DNA of 53,219 nt, taken from positions 1 through 53,219 of the forward strand of contig JAWOEL010000112.1 in assembly GCA_046482735.1 (NCBI GenBank). Direction: 5' to 3'. This document shows, one piece after another, positions 37,728 through 47,507 of the stretch. The notes under the pieces were generated by a model that did not search any database, was not told the origin of the DNA, and saw only the letters and a program-made list of their open reading frames with translations. Origin of the DNA: Bacteroidales bacterium (lineage in GTDB: Bacteria > Bacteroidota > Bacteroidia > Bacteroidales > UBA1715). The position numbers and the translations under genes were made by a program. How positions within the stretch are numbered: the stretch's first letter is position 1; every line of letters starts with the position of its first letter.

Positions 37728-38016
37728 CCGCAGTCTGTCTCAAAACCTCCCGCCATTTTTTATATTTTCAATAAAAGTACGTTTTTTTTCGGAATACGGA
37801 GAAAAAAAAGCAACACAAAAGCATCTATCAATCGAACATCATTCTCCGGCGAAACAACATCATCAAGGCAGCTTGCAAACAGTGTGGTTTGTTTCCGGTT
37901 TTGTCCCTGAATATACGTACATATAATTCGGTCTATTTTGTATTGTTTGATGCTTAAAAATACAAAAAAATCTGAATATTTGGGTATAAAATAGAGGTTT
38001 TTAGACAGCCTGACGG
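37728..38016 (-). mobile_element. Internally deleted IS1182/IS5-like element (MITE-like remnant) with both inverted repeats
   Basis: The inverted repeats CTGTCTCAAAACCTC (37735-37749) and GAGGTTTTTAGACAG (37994-38008) match 14/15 as reverse complements, with an extended match CCG.CAG.CTGTCT. Between them the minus strand encodes YIQGQNRKQTTLFASCLDDVVSPENDVRLIDAFV (37814-37915), the conserved N-terminus of IS1182-family (DUF772) transposases. It has no in-frame ATG and stops at 37760. Confidence 0.7.
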
Positions 38017-38151
38017 CGTTTTATTGTATGGTGTCGTGCGGAGTTACGTATCAATTTATCAGTTTACACCGACTTTTTTTTACGAGCCACAAACGCTCGC
38101 ACACCTCTAAAACCCGCATGCACTATACCATGTGTTGTGTGCTTGACATTG

Positions 38152-39657
38152 TTAGTCATTCAGTTTTTTATTTAACAATCCTAAAATTTCATCATCTATT
38201 TCTCTTCCATATCGGTAATTCGTAATTGTATCTTCTTCGACAATAATTTCTGCACCCTTTTCGATTAATAATTTAACCATATCTTTATCATTTCGTTCAA
38301 TCGCAGCAATTAAAGGTGTTTGCCAAAATGAATATTTATTTGCATCATTTATGTCTGTTCGCTCATCTCCATAATAATTTCGCTTGATTGCAAAATTTAC
38401 TTTGGCTCCATTTTCTAACAATTGTTCGATTATCGAAATATTCCCTTTTTCAACTGCAATAAGTAATGGATAACCAATCTCGTAATATGATGGTTGTTCA
38501 AGTATTTCACCATTATATTCATCGTAAAAAATATTGATATCAGCACCATTTCTAATATATAAATCTACTAATGCTGTATCTTCTTCGTTAATGGCTGTAT
38601 ATAATGGAGAAATAACCTGTCCAGAATTACCTTCTCCTGCCCAAAAATATACATAGTTTGTATGTGCACCATTTTGTATTAGAATCTTTGCAACATCAAA
38701 ACTTCTTGCATGACATAAAGTTTTACTTAAAATCTCTTTGTTATCTGTTAGGGTGATTAACTTATTTAAAATTAGGGTATCATTATCTATAATCGAATGC
38801 TCTAATGGTGTTGATTTCCATTTATAATTTTTTGAGTCGGGATATGGAAAGTTATTTTTTATTAGAAAATTTAAAGTCGTTGTATCTTGGAATTGAAGTT
38901 TATGATAGTATGAATTTCCTGATGTTAATTCTTCCCACCCCCACCATAAACAAATGGATACGTCTTTATTTGCTCCGTTTTCAAGAAGTAATGTAGCCAA
39001 ATCCCAGTTTTTATTCATTATTACAGGCTCAAGAGGTTGAAGGTTACCTTCTTCTAAATATACTTTTGCTCCATTTTTAATCAAATATTCAACCAAATGT
39101 GTATTTTGATTTTTTGCAGCTATGAAAATTGCAGATTTTTCACACAGACAACCACAGCCTCCACCTTGTTCGAAATTTTCGTAGTATTTCTCAGTCCAAT
39201 TTATATCTAATCCTTGGTCAAGCATTATCTCAATACTGTCAATATTTCCTGTTTCACAGTAATTAAGATATTTTTTAATCAGGGAATTAATATCAAGAGC
39301 TCCAAGTTCAATTAATTTCTTTACTATCAAGGGTTTTATTGAATCATCCTTTCTTCGATTAGCTATAAGTAATGGATAGACACCTTCCTTGTCAATATAA
39401 TTTACATTTGCTCCATTATTTATTAATTCAATAATTTTTAAAGTGTCGTTGCCTTTCTGTATTTCATCAAACAAAGCTATGTGAACATCTTGTTCCTTAT
39501 TGTGTTCTGAAATTCCTTTTTCCAAAGGTTCATTTTCTATTATCTCAAATTTATTCTGATTTAATTCAGCCTTTGTCTTTTTATTCCCTGAAGAATTATT
39601 TGAGCACTGAATAAAAACCAATGATATTAAAATCGCTATTACTACTTTTATCTTCAT
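38152..39657 (-). CDS. Ankyrin-repeat lipoprotein
   Basis: Start at MKIKVVIAILISLVFIQCSNN (39657, lipobox); an alternative ATG lies at 39672. At least 7 ankyrin-type repeats (NGANVNYIDKEGVYPLLIA, NGAKVY, NGANKD, NGAHTNY, NGADINI, NGAKVNF, KGAEII). Confidence 0.8.
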   Translation of the reverse strand: MKIKVVIAILISLVFIQCSNNSSGNKKTKAELNQNKFEIIENEPLEKGISEHNKEQDVHIALFDEIQKGNDTLKIIELINNGANVNYIDKEGVYPLLIANRRKDDSIKPLIVKKLIELGALDINSLIKKYLNYCETGNIDSIEIMLDQGLDINWTEKYYENFEQGGGCGCLCEKSAIFIAAKNQNTHLVEYLIKNGAKVYLEEGNLQPLEPVIMNKNWDLATLLLENGANKDVSICLWWGWEELTSGNSYYHKLQFQDTTTLNFLIKNNFPYPDSKNYKWKSTPLEHSIIDNDTLILNKLITLTDNKEILSKTLCHARSFDVAKILIQNGAHTNYVYFWAGEGNSGQVISPLYTAINEEDTALVDLYIRNGADINIFYDEYNGEILEQPSYYEIGYPLLIAVEKGNISIIEQLLENGAKVNFAIKRNYYGDERTDINDANKYSFWQTPLIAAIERNDKDMVKLLIEKGAEIIVEEDTITNYRYGREIDDEILGLLNKKLND

Positions 39658-39815
39658 TCTATGTATTTTCATTGCACGATATCGTCTCCTTGCCTTGCAC
39701 ACAACTTCATTTATATGTATATGTATTATAAAATCACACATATACGCCATAAAAATGATTGCTCTGTATGATTATGTACTGTTTTATTTTTTGATTCAAA
39801 TATAGTTTTTTTATA

Positions 39816-39990
39816 CACATCATCAAAGGGTGATGTAATCTTTTGGATGCTCTTGTTGCTCACATGTGCGTAACTTTCTGCGGTCTTGAATATCGTGGAG
39901 GTGTGACATTCTTTCTTTTAAGACTCTCTAAAAATTTATGCGTACAATTGAAATTCCACAACTTTTTGACTTGTCCTCCACCTGCTATCC
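39816..39990 (-). pseudogene. Remnant of the C-terminal catalytic region of a tyrosine recombinase/integrase
   Basis: The minus strand at 39816-39896 reads TIFKTAESYAHVSNKSIQKITSPFDDV (compare ..TTxIYTHVSxxxLxKIxSPxDxL, with the catalytic Tyr). Shifted frames upstream give ..FNCTHKFLESL.. and ..HLHDIQD.., resembling HxLRH..LLE.G and DLRxIQ. Only about 60 codons remain, in multiple frames. Confidence 0.4.
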
Positions 39991-39995
39991 ACCAT

Positions 39996-40036
39996 AAAAA
40001 AAACCAAAAAAAAAGCCCCTGAAAAAATCAGAGGCT
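39996..40036 (-). terminator. Rho-independent terminator of tRNA-Phe
   Basis: Stem 40014-40022 / 40028-40036 (9 bp, one mismatch) with a 5-nt loop. On the minus strand it is followed by TTTTTTTTGGTTTTTTTT. Confidence 0.7.
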
Positions 40037-40038
40037 TG

Positions 40039-40111
40039 TGGTAACGGGCGGGATCGAACCGCCGACACCAGGATTTTCAGTCCTGTGCTCTACCGACTGA
40101 GCTACATTACC
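40039..40111 (-). tRNA. tRNA-Phe (anticodon GAA)
   Basis: Hand-folded cloverleaf: GGTAATG TA GCTC AGTCGGTA GAGC A CAGGA CTGAAAA TCCTG GTGTC GGCGG TTCGATC CCGCC CGTTACC A. 73 nt with a 7-bp acceptor stem including one G-U pair. CCA is not encoded. Confidence 0.95.
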
Positions 40112-40127
40112 GTTTCGAAATGCAGTG

Positions 40128-40157
40128 CAAAAATAGAATTTTTATAATTCATACAAA
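40128..40157 (-). promoter_or_regulatory. Bacteroidota-type promoter for tRNA-Phe
   Basis: On the minus strand, TTTG (40154-40157), an 18-nt spacer, then TATTTTTG (40128-40135), 16 nt before the tRNA 5' end. Confidence 0.5.
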
Positions 40158-40224
40158 AATATATGACACTTTTTTTACATATTTTTTATATAAATCGTAT
40201 AAAACACTGTTTTTCACCATTCAA

Positions 40225-40590
40225 TTAATACGCATGTGTTGATAATAATACCAAAGTGCATGCTCGTTCGTACTCTATATTTTCAGAATCCAGCATTTTT
40301 TCAAATTCCGGATTTTCTGTTCCGGGGTTAAATATTACTCTGCGTGGTGCTAATGAAATAATATAATCATAATATCCTACTTGATTTTTTGCTGACACAT
40401 ACAGTGTAACAGTATCAACATCGGGTAAGGGTTTGAGTTCGGTACTTATTTCTTTTTCAAATACAACTCCACCCCTATTGCCGAGTAAATATATGTCATG
40501 ATTATTCTCTAATAGCTTTTGTGCTGCTTTGTATGAATATCGTTCGGGCTTTACACTAGCTCCAATAATAAGTGTTTTATTTTTTCTCAT
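40225..40590 (-). CDS. CoA-binding domain protein (YccU/YneT-like)
   Basis: Start at MRKNKTLIIGASVKPERYSYKAAQKLLENNHDIYLLG (40590). The longer track ORF adds an implausible N-terminal extension. Confidence 0.65.
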   Translation of the reverse strand: MRKNKTLIIGASVKPERYSYKAAQKLLENNHDIYLLGNRGGVVFEKEISTELKPLPDVDTVTLYVSAKNQVGYYDYIISLAPRRVIFNPGTENPEFEKMLDSENIEYERACTLVLLSTHAY

Positions 40591-40944
40591 ACTATTATTT
40601 TTTTTTACATATGTCGTTATAGAAAATATAAAATTACAAATAAATATGTACATTAACACGTATCTTGCATTCACAATATGTTCACATTGCAAAATAAATG
40701 ATTAAAATTATCTTATGTATTTTATGCAGAACGCACCTGTACGCACCATTCTAACGAGACATAAAACGCTCACTACCAAACACAATACACACAAAAAAGG
40801 ACAATTTATACAGAGAAAACGGGCAGATATATTACAAAAAAACACCAATATAAACTACAACCCAAAAAACCTATACAATACTCATATCAGTAAAAAACCT
40901 TCTTTTGTATACCACTTGATTATGATAAAACAATGTATAAGTTT

Positions 40945-40976
40945 TTTGAAAAAGCCCCGTAGTTTCATTATATTTG
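40945..40976 (+). promoter_or_regulatory. Bacteroidota-type promoter for lepA
   Basis: TTTG (40945-40948), a 20-nt spacer, then TATATTTG (40969-40976), 55 nt before ATG 41032. Confidence 0.45.
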
Positions 40977-41031
40977 CCCCGAATTGCAGGCCTTTCTATA
41001 CTCACAATCTGCGATTGACAAACTGTTAAAA

Positions 41032-42825
41032 ATGAAACATATACGAAACTTTTGTATTATAGCTCATATTGATCACGGAAAAAGTACATTAGCCGACCGA
41101 TTGTTGGAAGTGACTAAAACAGTTACTGAACGCGAAGCTCAAGAACAGGTGCTTGACAATATGGATTTGGAACGGGAACGAGGTATTACGATTAAAAGCC
41201 ACGCTATTCAAATGAATTATGATTATAATTCTACTTTATATACACTTAACTTAATCGACACTCCGGGACACGTGGATTTTTCGTATGAAGTATCGCGTTC
41301 TATTGCATCGTGCGAAGGAGCTCTGCTTATAGTTGATGCCACACAAGGTATTCAGGCACAAACAATATCTAACTTATATTTAGCTATTGAGCACGATTTA
41401 GAAATTATTCCTATTCTCAACAAAATGGATTTGCCAAGTGCAATGCCGGAAGAGGTAAAAGATCAAATTGTAGAACTAATTGGCTGCGAGAGAGATGAGA
41501 TTCTTGAAGCAAGTGGCAAAACCGGACAAGGAATTGCAACCATTCTCTCAACAATAATTGAAAAGGTGCCACCACCAAAAGGCAATCCGGACTGGCCTCT
41601 TCAGGCACTTATTTTCGATTCGGTATTCAATCCATTCCGGGGAATTATTGCCTATTATAAAATTCTGAACGGAAGTATACAAAAAGGTGATAAAGTAAAA
41701 TTCATAAACACAAAACATGAATACGTAGCAGACGAAATAGGCACTCTGCGTCTGACAATGGAACCCAAAAATGAAGTAAAAACAGGCGATGTCGGATATA
41801 TTATTTCGGGTATAAAAACTTCAAAAGAGGTAAAAGTAGGTGATACAATTACCCACGTACATCGCCCCTGCGAAAACGTCATTGAGGGTTTCGAGGATGT
41901 AAAACCAATGGTTTTTGCAGGTATTTATCCTATCGAAACCGAAGATTACGAAGATTTGCGTTCGGCTATGGAAAAGCTCCAACTCAATGATGCTTCATTA
42001 ACATACGAGCCTGAATCTTCTGCCGCACTGGGATTTGGTTTTAGATGTGGTTTTTTGGGACTACTGCATATGGAGATTATTCAGGAACGTCTCGACCGCG
42101 AATTCGACATGAATGTGATAACAACCACACCAAACGTGTCGTACCTGTGCTATACAAAAAAAGACGAAAAAATAATTATAAATAACCCCACGGATCTACC
42201 TGACCCTACAAGAATTCAATATATTGAAGAACCATACATTCATGCAGAAATCATTACGCATGCCGACTATATTGGTGGTATAATGACCTTATGCATTGAA
42301 AAACGAGGTATTTTAAAAAATCAGGTGTACATGACGGGCAACCGTGTAAATGTTACTTTTGATATGCCGTTGGGAGAAATTGTATTTGATTTTTACGATA
42401 AATTAAAATCTATTTCCAAAGGATATGCATCTTTCGATTATCATATAAAAGATATGCGTGAATCGAAACTTGCAAAACTAGACATCCTACTTAACGGTGA
42501 ACAAGTAGACGCTCTTTCTGCACTTATTCACCAAAGCAATGCTCACAGTTTCGGAAAACGTATTTGCGAAAAATTAAAGGAATTAATTCCGCGTCAGCAA
42601 TTTGATGTTGCTATTCAAGCTGCTATGGGAACCAAAATTGTGGCACGCGAAACAGTAAAAGCTGTACGAAAAGATGTGACTGCAAAATGTTATGGTGGTG
42701 ACATTTCACGAAAACGTAAACTTTTAGAAAAACAAAAGAAAGGTAAAAAACGCATGAAACAAGTGGGGAATGTTGAAGTTCCACAAAAAGCGTTTTTAGC
42801 TGTTCTTAAATTAAATGATAATTAA
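41032..42825 (+). CDS. lepA: Elongation factor 4
   Basis: [25 protein letters not shown]..., [13 protein letters not shown], and the C-terminal LepA-specific region. The start is at ATG 41032, not the track's 40984. Confidence 0.97.
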   Translation: MKHIRNFCIIAHIDHGKSTLADRLLEVTKTVTEREAQEQVLDNMDLERERGITIKSHAIQMNYDYNSTLYTLNLIDTPGHVDFSYEVSRSIASCEGALLIVDATQGIQAQTISNLYLAIEHDLEIIPILNKMDLPSAMPEEVKDQIVELIGCERDEILEASGKTGQGIATILSTIIEKVPPPKGNPDWPLQALIFDSVFNPFRGIIAYYKILNGSIQKGDKVKFINTKHEYVADEIGTLRLTMEPKNEVKTGDVGYIISGIKTSKEVKVGDTITHVHRPCENVIEGFEDVKPMVFAGIYPIETEDYEDLRSAMEKLQLNDASLTYEPESSAALGFGFRCGFLGLLHMEIIQERLDREFDMNVITTTPNVSYLCYTKKDEKIIINNPTDLPDPTRIQYIEEPYIHAEIITHADYIGGIMTLCIEKRGILKNQVYMTGNRVNVTFDMPLGEIVFDFYDKLKSISKGYASFDYHIKDMRESKLAKLDILLNGEQVDALSALIHQSNAHSFGKRICEKLKELIPRQQFDVAIQAAMGTKIVARETVKAVRKDVTAKCYGGDISRKRKLLEKQKKGKKRMKQVGNVEVPQKAFLAVLKLNDN

Positions 42826-42837
42826 TTTTGTATACAT

Positions 42838-44373
42838 ATGACACAATCAAATGTTCGGGTTCGGTTTGCCCCAAGTCCAACAGGACCACTTCATATAGGC
42901 GGCGTTCGAACCGCATTGTTTAACTATTTATTTGCACGCAAACATAACGGTACGTTTATTCTTCGTATAGAAGATACGGACCAAACACGTTTTGTGTCGC
43001 AAGCAGAATCGTACATTATTGAAAGTCTCAAATGGTGCGGTATAACAATTGACGAAGGTATTGGTGCATCACCCGAAGGTGACATGGGGCCATACCGACA
43101 AAGTGAACGAAAAAACCTCTACCGGAATTTTGCATTTGATTTAATTGCAAACGGACATGCGTATTATGCATTTGACACCCCTGAAGAATTACAGGAACTA
43201 CGAACAAAGGGTGATGCCGCAAAAACTCCCTTTGTGTATAATGCAGAAACTCGATCATCTTTGTGCAATTCTCTCACTCTTACAAAAGAAGAAACTGCAC
43301 AAAAAATAGCAGAAAACGTACCATATGTTATCCGATTTAAAATACCGGAAAACGAAACAGTTGCCATACCGGATATAGTTCGGGGTACGGTTTCGTTCCA
43401 CACAAAAGAGCTAGATGATAAAATTCTCTACAAATCAGACGGACTTCCAACGTATCATCTCGCAAATGTGGTTGATGATTACACTATGGGCATAACTCAT
43501 GTCATACGCGGTGAGGAATGGCTTTCGAGTTTACCGCTGCATGCCTTACTATACCGAGCTTTTGGCTGGGAAAAAGATATGCCGGAATTTGCTCATTTAC
43601 CGCTCATTCTTAAACCACAGGGACAAGGAAAATTAAGCAAACGCGATGGCGACAAGATGGGATTTCCGGTATTTCCTTTGGAATGGACAGACAGTTCGGG
43701 AGAAAAATCAGCAGGATATCGTGAAAACGGGTATTTGCCGGAGGCATTTATAAATATGCTTTCTCTTTTGGGCTGGAATCCGGGTACCGAACAGGAATTG
43801 TTTACTATGGAAGACCTGATTGACGCATTTAGTTTGGAACGTGTCGGCAAATCAGGTTCAAAATTTGACCCAGATAAAACAAAATGGTTTAATCATCTTT
43901 GGTTACAAAAACAACCGGTGTCGGAAATAAGCAAGCAATGCCTGGACATAGTAACCGAAAAAGGATATACCGCAAAACCGGAAGACATAGAAAACATATG
44001 TCGCATGGTGCAAGAACGCATGACCTTTGTGCAAGATTTTTGGGATCATGCATTTTATTTTTTCGAAGCTCCGCACGAATATAATGCAAAAGTGGTAAAA
44101 AAACGCTGGAAAAATAATGCTCCACAAGCTATTGAAGCAATTAAAAATATTCTCTCAGAAATACCCGATTTTTCTGCAGAACACACAGAAAAAGCAGTGA
44201 AAGAATATATTTCGTCGGAGGAATTAAATATGGGACAAATTATGAACTGTTTACGTCTGAGTATTGTCGGAAACAGTGTTGGTGTCGATTTGTTCGAAAT
44301 TATGGCATTTATCGGCAAAGAAGAAAGTGTGCAGCGAATTTCAAAAGCTCTCGAAGTATTACCTTCTGCATAA
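42838..44373 (+). CDS. gltX: Glutamate-tRNA ligase
   Basis: Class I HIGH motif (PSPTGPLHIGGVRTA) and KMSKS equivalent (GKLSKRDG). Confidence 0.97.
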   Translation: MTQSNVRVRFAPSPTGPLHIGGVRTALFNYLFARKHNGTFILRIEDTDQTRFVSQAESYIIESLKWCGITIDEGIGASPEGDMGPYRQSERKNLYRNFAFDLIANGHAYYAFDTPEELQELRTKGDAAKTPFVYNAETRSSLCNSLTLTKEETAQKIAENVPYVIRFKIPENETVAIPDIVRGTVSFHTKELDDKILYKSDGLPTYHLANVVDDYTMGITHVIRGEEWLSSLPLHALLYRAFGWEKDMPEFAHLPLILKPQGQGKLSKRDGDKMGFPVFPLEWTDSSGEKSAGYRENGYLPEAFINMLSLLGWNPGTEQELFTMEDLIDAFSLERVGKSGSKFDPDKTKWFNHLWLQKQPVSEISKQCLDIVTEKGYTAKPEDIENICRMVQERMTFVQDFWDHAFYFFEAPHEYNAKVVKKRWKNNAPQAIEAIKNILSEIPDFSAEHTEKAVKEYISSEELNMGQIMNCLRLSIVGNSVGVDLFEIMAFIGKEESVQRISKALEVLPSA

Positions 44374-44379
44374 CATACC

Positions 44380-45369
44380 ATGAAATTCCGAACAGAAATA
44401 GCAATTCCGGAGAGTTCGTGGAAAATTGACCATTCCACAAAAGGAATTGCCATTGGTTCGTGCTTTACCGATTATATCGGAAATATGCTGCACACTGCAA
44501 AATTTCCGATTTCGGTTAATCCTTTTGGAACGGTATACAACCCCGCCTCTATAGCCAATTCATTTGAATTACTATATGGCAGCACACAGATTGACAAATC
44601 CGATGTAATATTGAATGCGGGTTTATGGACATCTTTTTATTTACACAGTTCTTTTTCTGCCGAATCACCCGAAAAAGTACTTGCAAACAGCGCATCACGC
44701 ATAGCAGAAACTCAAAAACTACAACCGATAGACTATGCACTTATAACACTCGGCACCGCTTGGGTATATGTGTATAAAAAAAGCGGAAAAATTGTGTCGA
44801 ATTGCCATAAATTTCCCGCCGGAGAATTTACCCGGAAACGGTTATCTGTAGCGGAAACAGAAACATCGCTCACAGAAATTATCCGAACTATCCGAACGGA
44901 ATCTCCCGAGTGCAGAATTATCTTTACCATCAGTCCAATCCGACACTGGAAAGACGGTGCTCACGAAAATCAAGTAAGTAAATCGACCTTATTTCTTGCC
45001 ATAGACACAATACTTTCAGAAGAAAAAAACATTCATTATTTTCCGGCATACGAAATTCTCATGGACGAACTCCGCGATTACCGATTCTACGCAGAAGACA
45101 TGTTACATCCGAATGCTACCGCCGTTCAATATATTCAGGAACAATTTTGTAAAACATATTTTTCGCACAAAACACGTATAATACAAGGAAAAATAGAAGC
45201 TATTCTCCGAGCAATGCAACACCGTCCATTTCATACAAAGAGCACCGAATACAAAAAATTTATTGAGACATCAATACACAAAATCGAAGAAATACAAAAA
45301 CAAAACCCCACCATAGATGTATCCAAAGAACTCAGATATTTTTCGGATACAAAGGATTCTTTTGAATAA
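44380..45369 (+). CDS. GSCFA-domain protein
   Basis: The family-defining GSCF motif (KGIAIGSCFTDYIG) near the N-terminus, in a protein of about 330 aa. Confidence 0.7.
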   Translation: MKFRTEIAIPESSWKIDHSTKGIAIGSCFTDYIGNMLHTAKFPISVNPFGTVYNPASIANSFELLYGSTQIDKSDVILNAGLWTSFYLHSSFSAESPEKVLANSASRIAETQKLQPIDYALITLGTAWVYVYKKSGKIVSNCHKFPAGEFTRKRLSVAETETSLTEIIRTIRTESPECRIIFTISPIRHWKDGAHENQVSKSTLFLAIDTILSEEKNIHYFPAYEILMDELRDYRFYAEDMLHPNATAVQYIQEQFCKTYFSHKTRIIQGKIEAILRAMQHRPFHTKSTEYKKFIETSIHKIEEIQKQNPTIDVSKELRYFSDTKDSFE

Positions 45370-45490
45370 CATTTTTTTTGAAAACCTTGTTTTCCACCAA
45401 CCACAGCGTGGTTGTATGTCTATAGAACACAACGAACATAAGTGATTATTGTTCACGACTCCGGAGGATGTCGTATATTAAACTCCTCAA

Positions 45491-46048
45491 TTATTTTTTC
45501 ACCCGAGACGGATTTTTTTGAATAAAATCTTTCCAGGAATGAGCTCCCCCTCCCACTTGTGAAAATATCGGATTAGAAATCTGATAATAATGGCAAACCG
45601 CAACAGCAAGAGCATCAGTAGCGTCAAGAAATTCAGGTTTTTCATCAGTATTCAACAATTTTGCAAGCATACTTGCTACTTGTTCTTTTGAGGCTGTTCC
45701 GGTTCCGGTAAGTGCAACCTTTATTTTCCGCGGAGCATATTCGGTAATCGGAATTTCATGCGTTAATCCGGCAGCCATAGCAACACCCTGAGCACGTCCA
45801 AGCTTGAGCATAGACTGCACATTTTTTCCGTAAAAAGGAGCTTCTAGAGCCATCTCATCCGGACAAAACTCTTCAATGAGTCCGTGCAGGCGGGAATATA
45901 TTTTTTGTAGTTTAAGATAATGATCTTTAAATTTTGTGAGATTAATAACCCCCAAAGTAATTAACGACATGTGTTTTCCACTGACTTTAATAAGTCCGTA
46001 TCCCATAACCGTCGTTCCCGGGTCTATTCCTAAAATAATTTTTTCCAC
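45491..46048 (-). CDS. ruvC: Holliday junction resolvase RuvC
   Basis: MEKIILGIDPGTTVMGYGLI... and ...DATDALAVAVCHY. Confidence 0.95.
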   Translation of the reverse strand: MEKIILGIDPGTTVMGYGLIKVSGKHMSLITLGVINLTKFKDHYLKLQKIYSRLHGLIEEFCPDEMALEAPFYGKNVQSMLKLGRAQGVAMAAGLTHEIPITEYAPRKIKVALTGTGTASKEQVASMLAKLLNTDEKPEFLDATDALAVAVCHYYQISNPIFSQVGGGAHSWKDFIQKNPSRVKK

Positions 46049-46247
46049 ACAAATAATTTTATATGCTCAAAAGTACGAGTATTTAAAAAGAAAACCCAAT
46101 TCTACGTACCAAAGTTTATGTAACATTTTTTGTAAACATATTCATCCTCCACTTTAAGATAAAAAGCCAATGTATTTTTTTATGCTTTCTGGTATAGAAT
46201 GAGGATATACATTTTCTTTTTTGTAATTTTGTTGCAAATACAATAAT

Positions 46248-47507
46248 ATGATAGGTGTTATAGGAATAAATCATACAACTGCACCCACACACATTCGTGA
46301 ACAATTTGCTATAGCAGATTCTGTTATACATGATTTTGCTATATATCTTGAGAAACAAGCACAATTTTCATCGATTGTTGTACTTTCTACCTGCAACAGA
46401 ACAGAAATATACTTTTCACAGCATATTCACAACTCGAAATATGCAATTATACTGGTATACAATAGCCTTATGGCATACAAAACAATTGATTTTGATGCAG
46501 AAACCTATTTTTATACCTACACACAAGACAAAGCTGTTGAACATTTGTTTTCGGTAACCTCCGGCATTGACTCCATGCTTATTGGCGAAGATCAAATAAT
46601 AGGTCAGGTAAAACATGCCTACGAAATATGTGCCTCATACGCCCTTCCCGACGCAGTTCTTCAACGCTTATTCCAAAAATCTCTTGAAGCAGGCAAACGG
46701 GTACGTACCGAAACAAATATAAAAATGGGCTGTACTTCTCTCAGCTATATATCGGTTGAAAAATGTCAATCTGTATTTAGCACTATCTCCGATAAATCTG
46801 TTTTGGTTATAGGAACAGGCGAAACCAGCAAACTCACACTACAGGCTCTCTATAAAAAAGGTGTTCGTTCTTTTTACATTTCAAACAGAACAAAAGAACA
46901 TGCAGAACCAATAATTGCAACATATAATGCTCACTTTGTTCCCCTTACAAACATTTCATCTACTATAGCAGACGTTGATATTGTAATTGCAGCCACCTCA
47001 TCACCATCATTCATCGTTTCATATGAAATGATTCACAACTTACACACAAAACATCAAAGAATTCCACTATTAATAGACTTGTCTGTTCCCCGAAATATAG
47101 ACCCTGCAATTAACAACATACCCGAAACAACTGTCATATCGGTAGATGATTTACAAGAAATAATACATGCAAACAAACACAAACGAGAAGAATGCATAGA
47201 TGCAGGATATGAAATTATTGAAGAATTGGTTGTCGATTTTATGAGTTGGTTTTCATTCAGAGCACTACAACCCGCAATTCGAGCAATTAATTTTCATTTA
47301 GAAAAAATATATGCAACAGAATACATCGCATCTGAACACAGCAACCCGCAAGAAATTGATGCATTTTCAAAAAAATTAATAAAAAAATACAAGAAAGAAT
47401 TAATTACAAACTTAAAGCATATAACAGACAACGGAAGAAAAGAACTGTATTTGCAAGTAATTAATGATTTATTTAAACCTCAAAAATCAAAAATCAAAAA
47501 AAATTGA
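46248..47507 (+). CDS. hemA: Glutamyl-tRNA reductase
   Basis: IGINHTTAP..REQF, catalytic-Cys context VLSTCNRTEIY, and NAD fold VLVIGTGETSKL. Confidence 0.9.
   Translation: MIGVIGINHTTAPTHIREQFAIADSVIHDFAIYLEKQAQFSSIVVLSTCNRTEIYFSQHIHNSKYAIILVYNSLMAYKTIDFDAETYFYTYTQDKAVEHLFSVTSGIDSMLIGEDQIIGQVKHAYEICASYALPDAVLQRLFQKSLEAGKRVRTETNIKMGCTSLSYISVEKCQSVFSTISDKSVLVIGTGETSKLTLQALYKKGVRSFYISNRTKEHAEPIIATYNAHFVPLTNISSTIADVDIVIAATSSPSFIVSYEMIHNLHTKHQRIPLLIDLSVPRNIDPAINNIPETTVISVDDLQEIIHANKHKREECIDAGYEIIEELVVDFMSWFSFRALQPAIRAINFHLEKIYATEYIASEHSNPQEIDAFSKKLIKKYKKELITNLKHITDNGRKELYLQVINDLFKPQKSKIKKN

Noticed and set aside
29290-40835. Shared 13-mer ACGGGCAGATATA at about 29287 and about 40808.
   Set aside because: A single 13-mer match between two points of a 53-kb window, counting both strands, is within chance expectation, and the flanks do not align.
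40715-41029. 104-aa plus-strand ORF upstream of lepA.
   Set aside because: The sequence is low-complexity and Lys/Thr/Asn-rich. It spans the predicted lepA promoter boxes and runs into the lepA start region, so it looks like AT-rich intergenic DNA.
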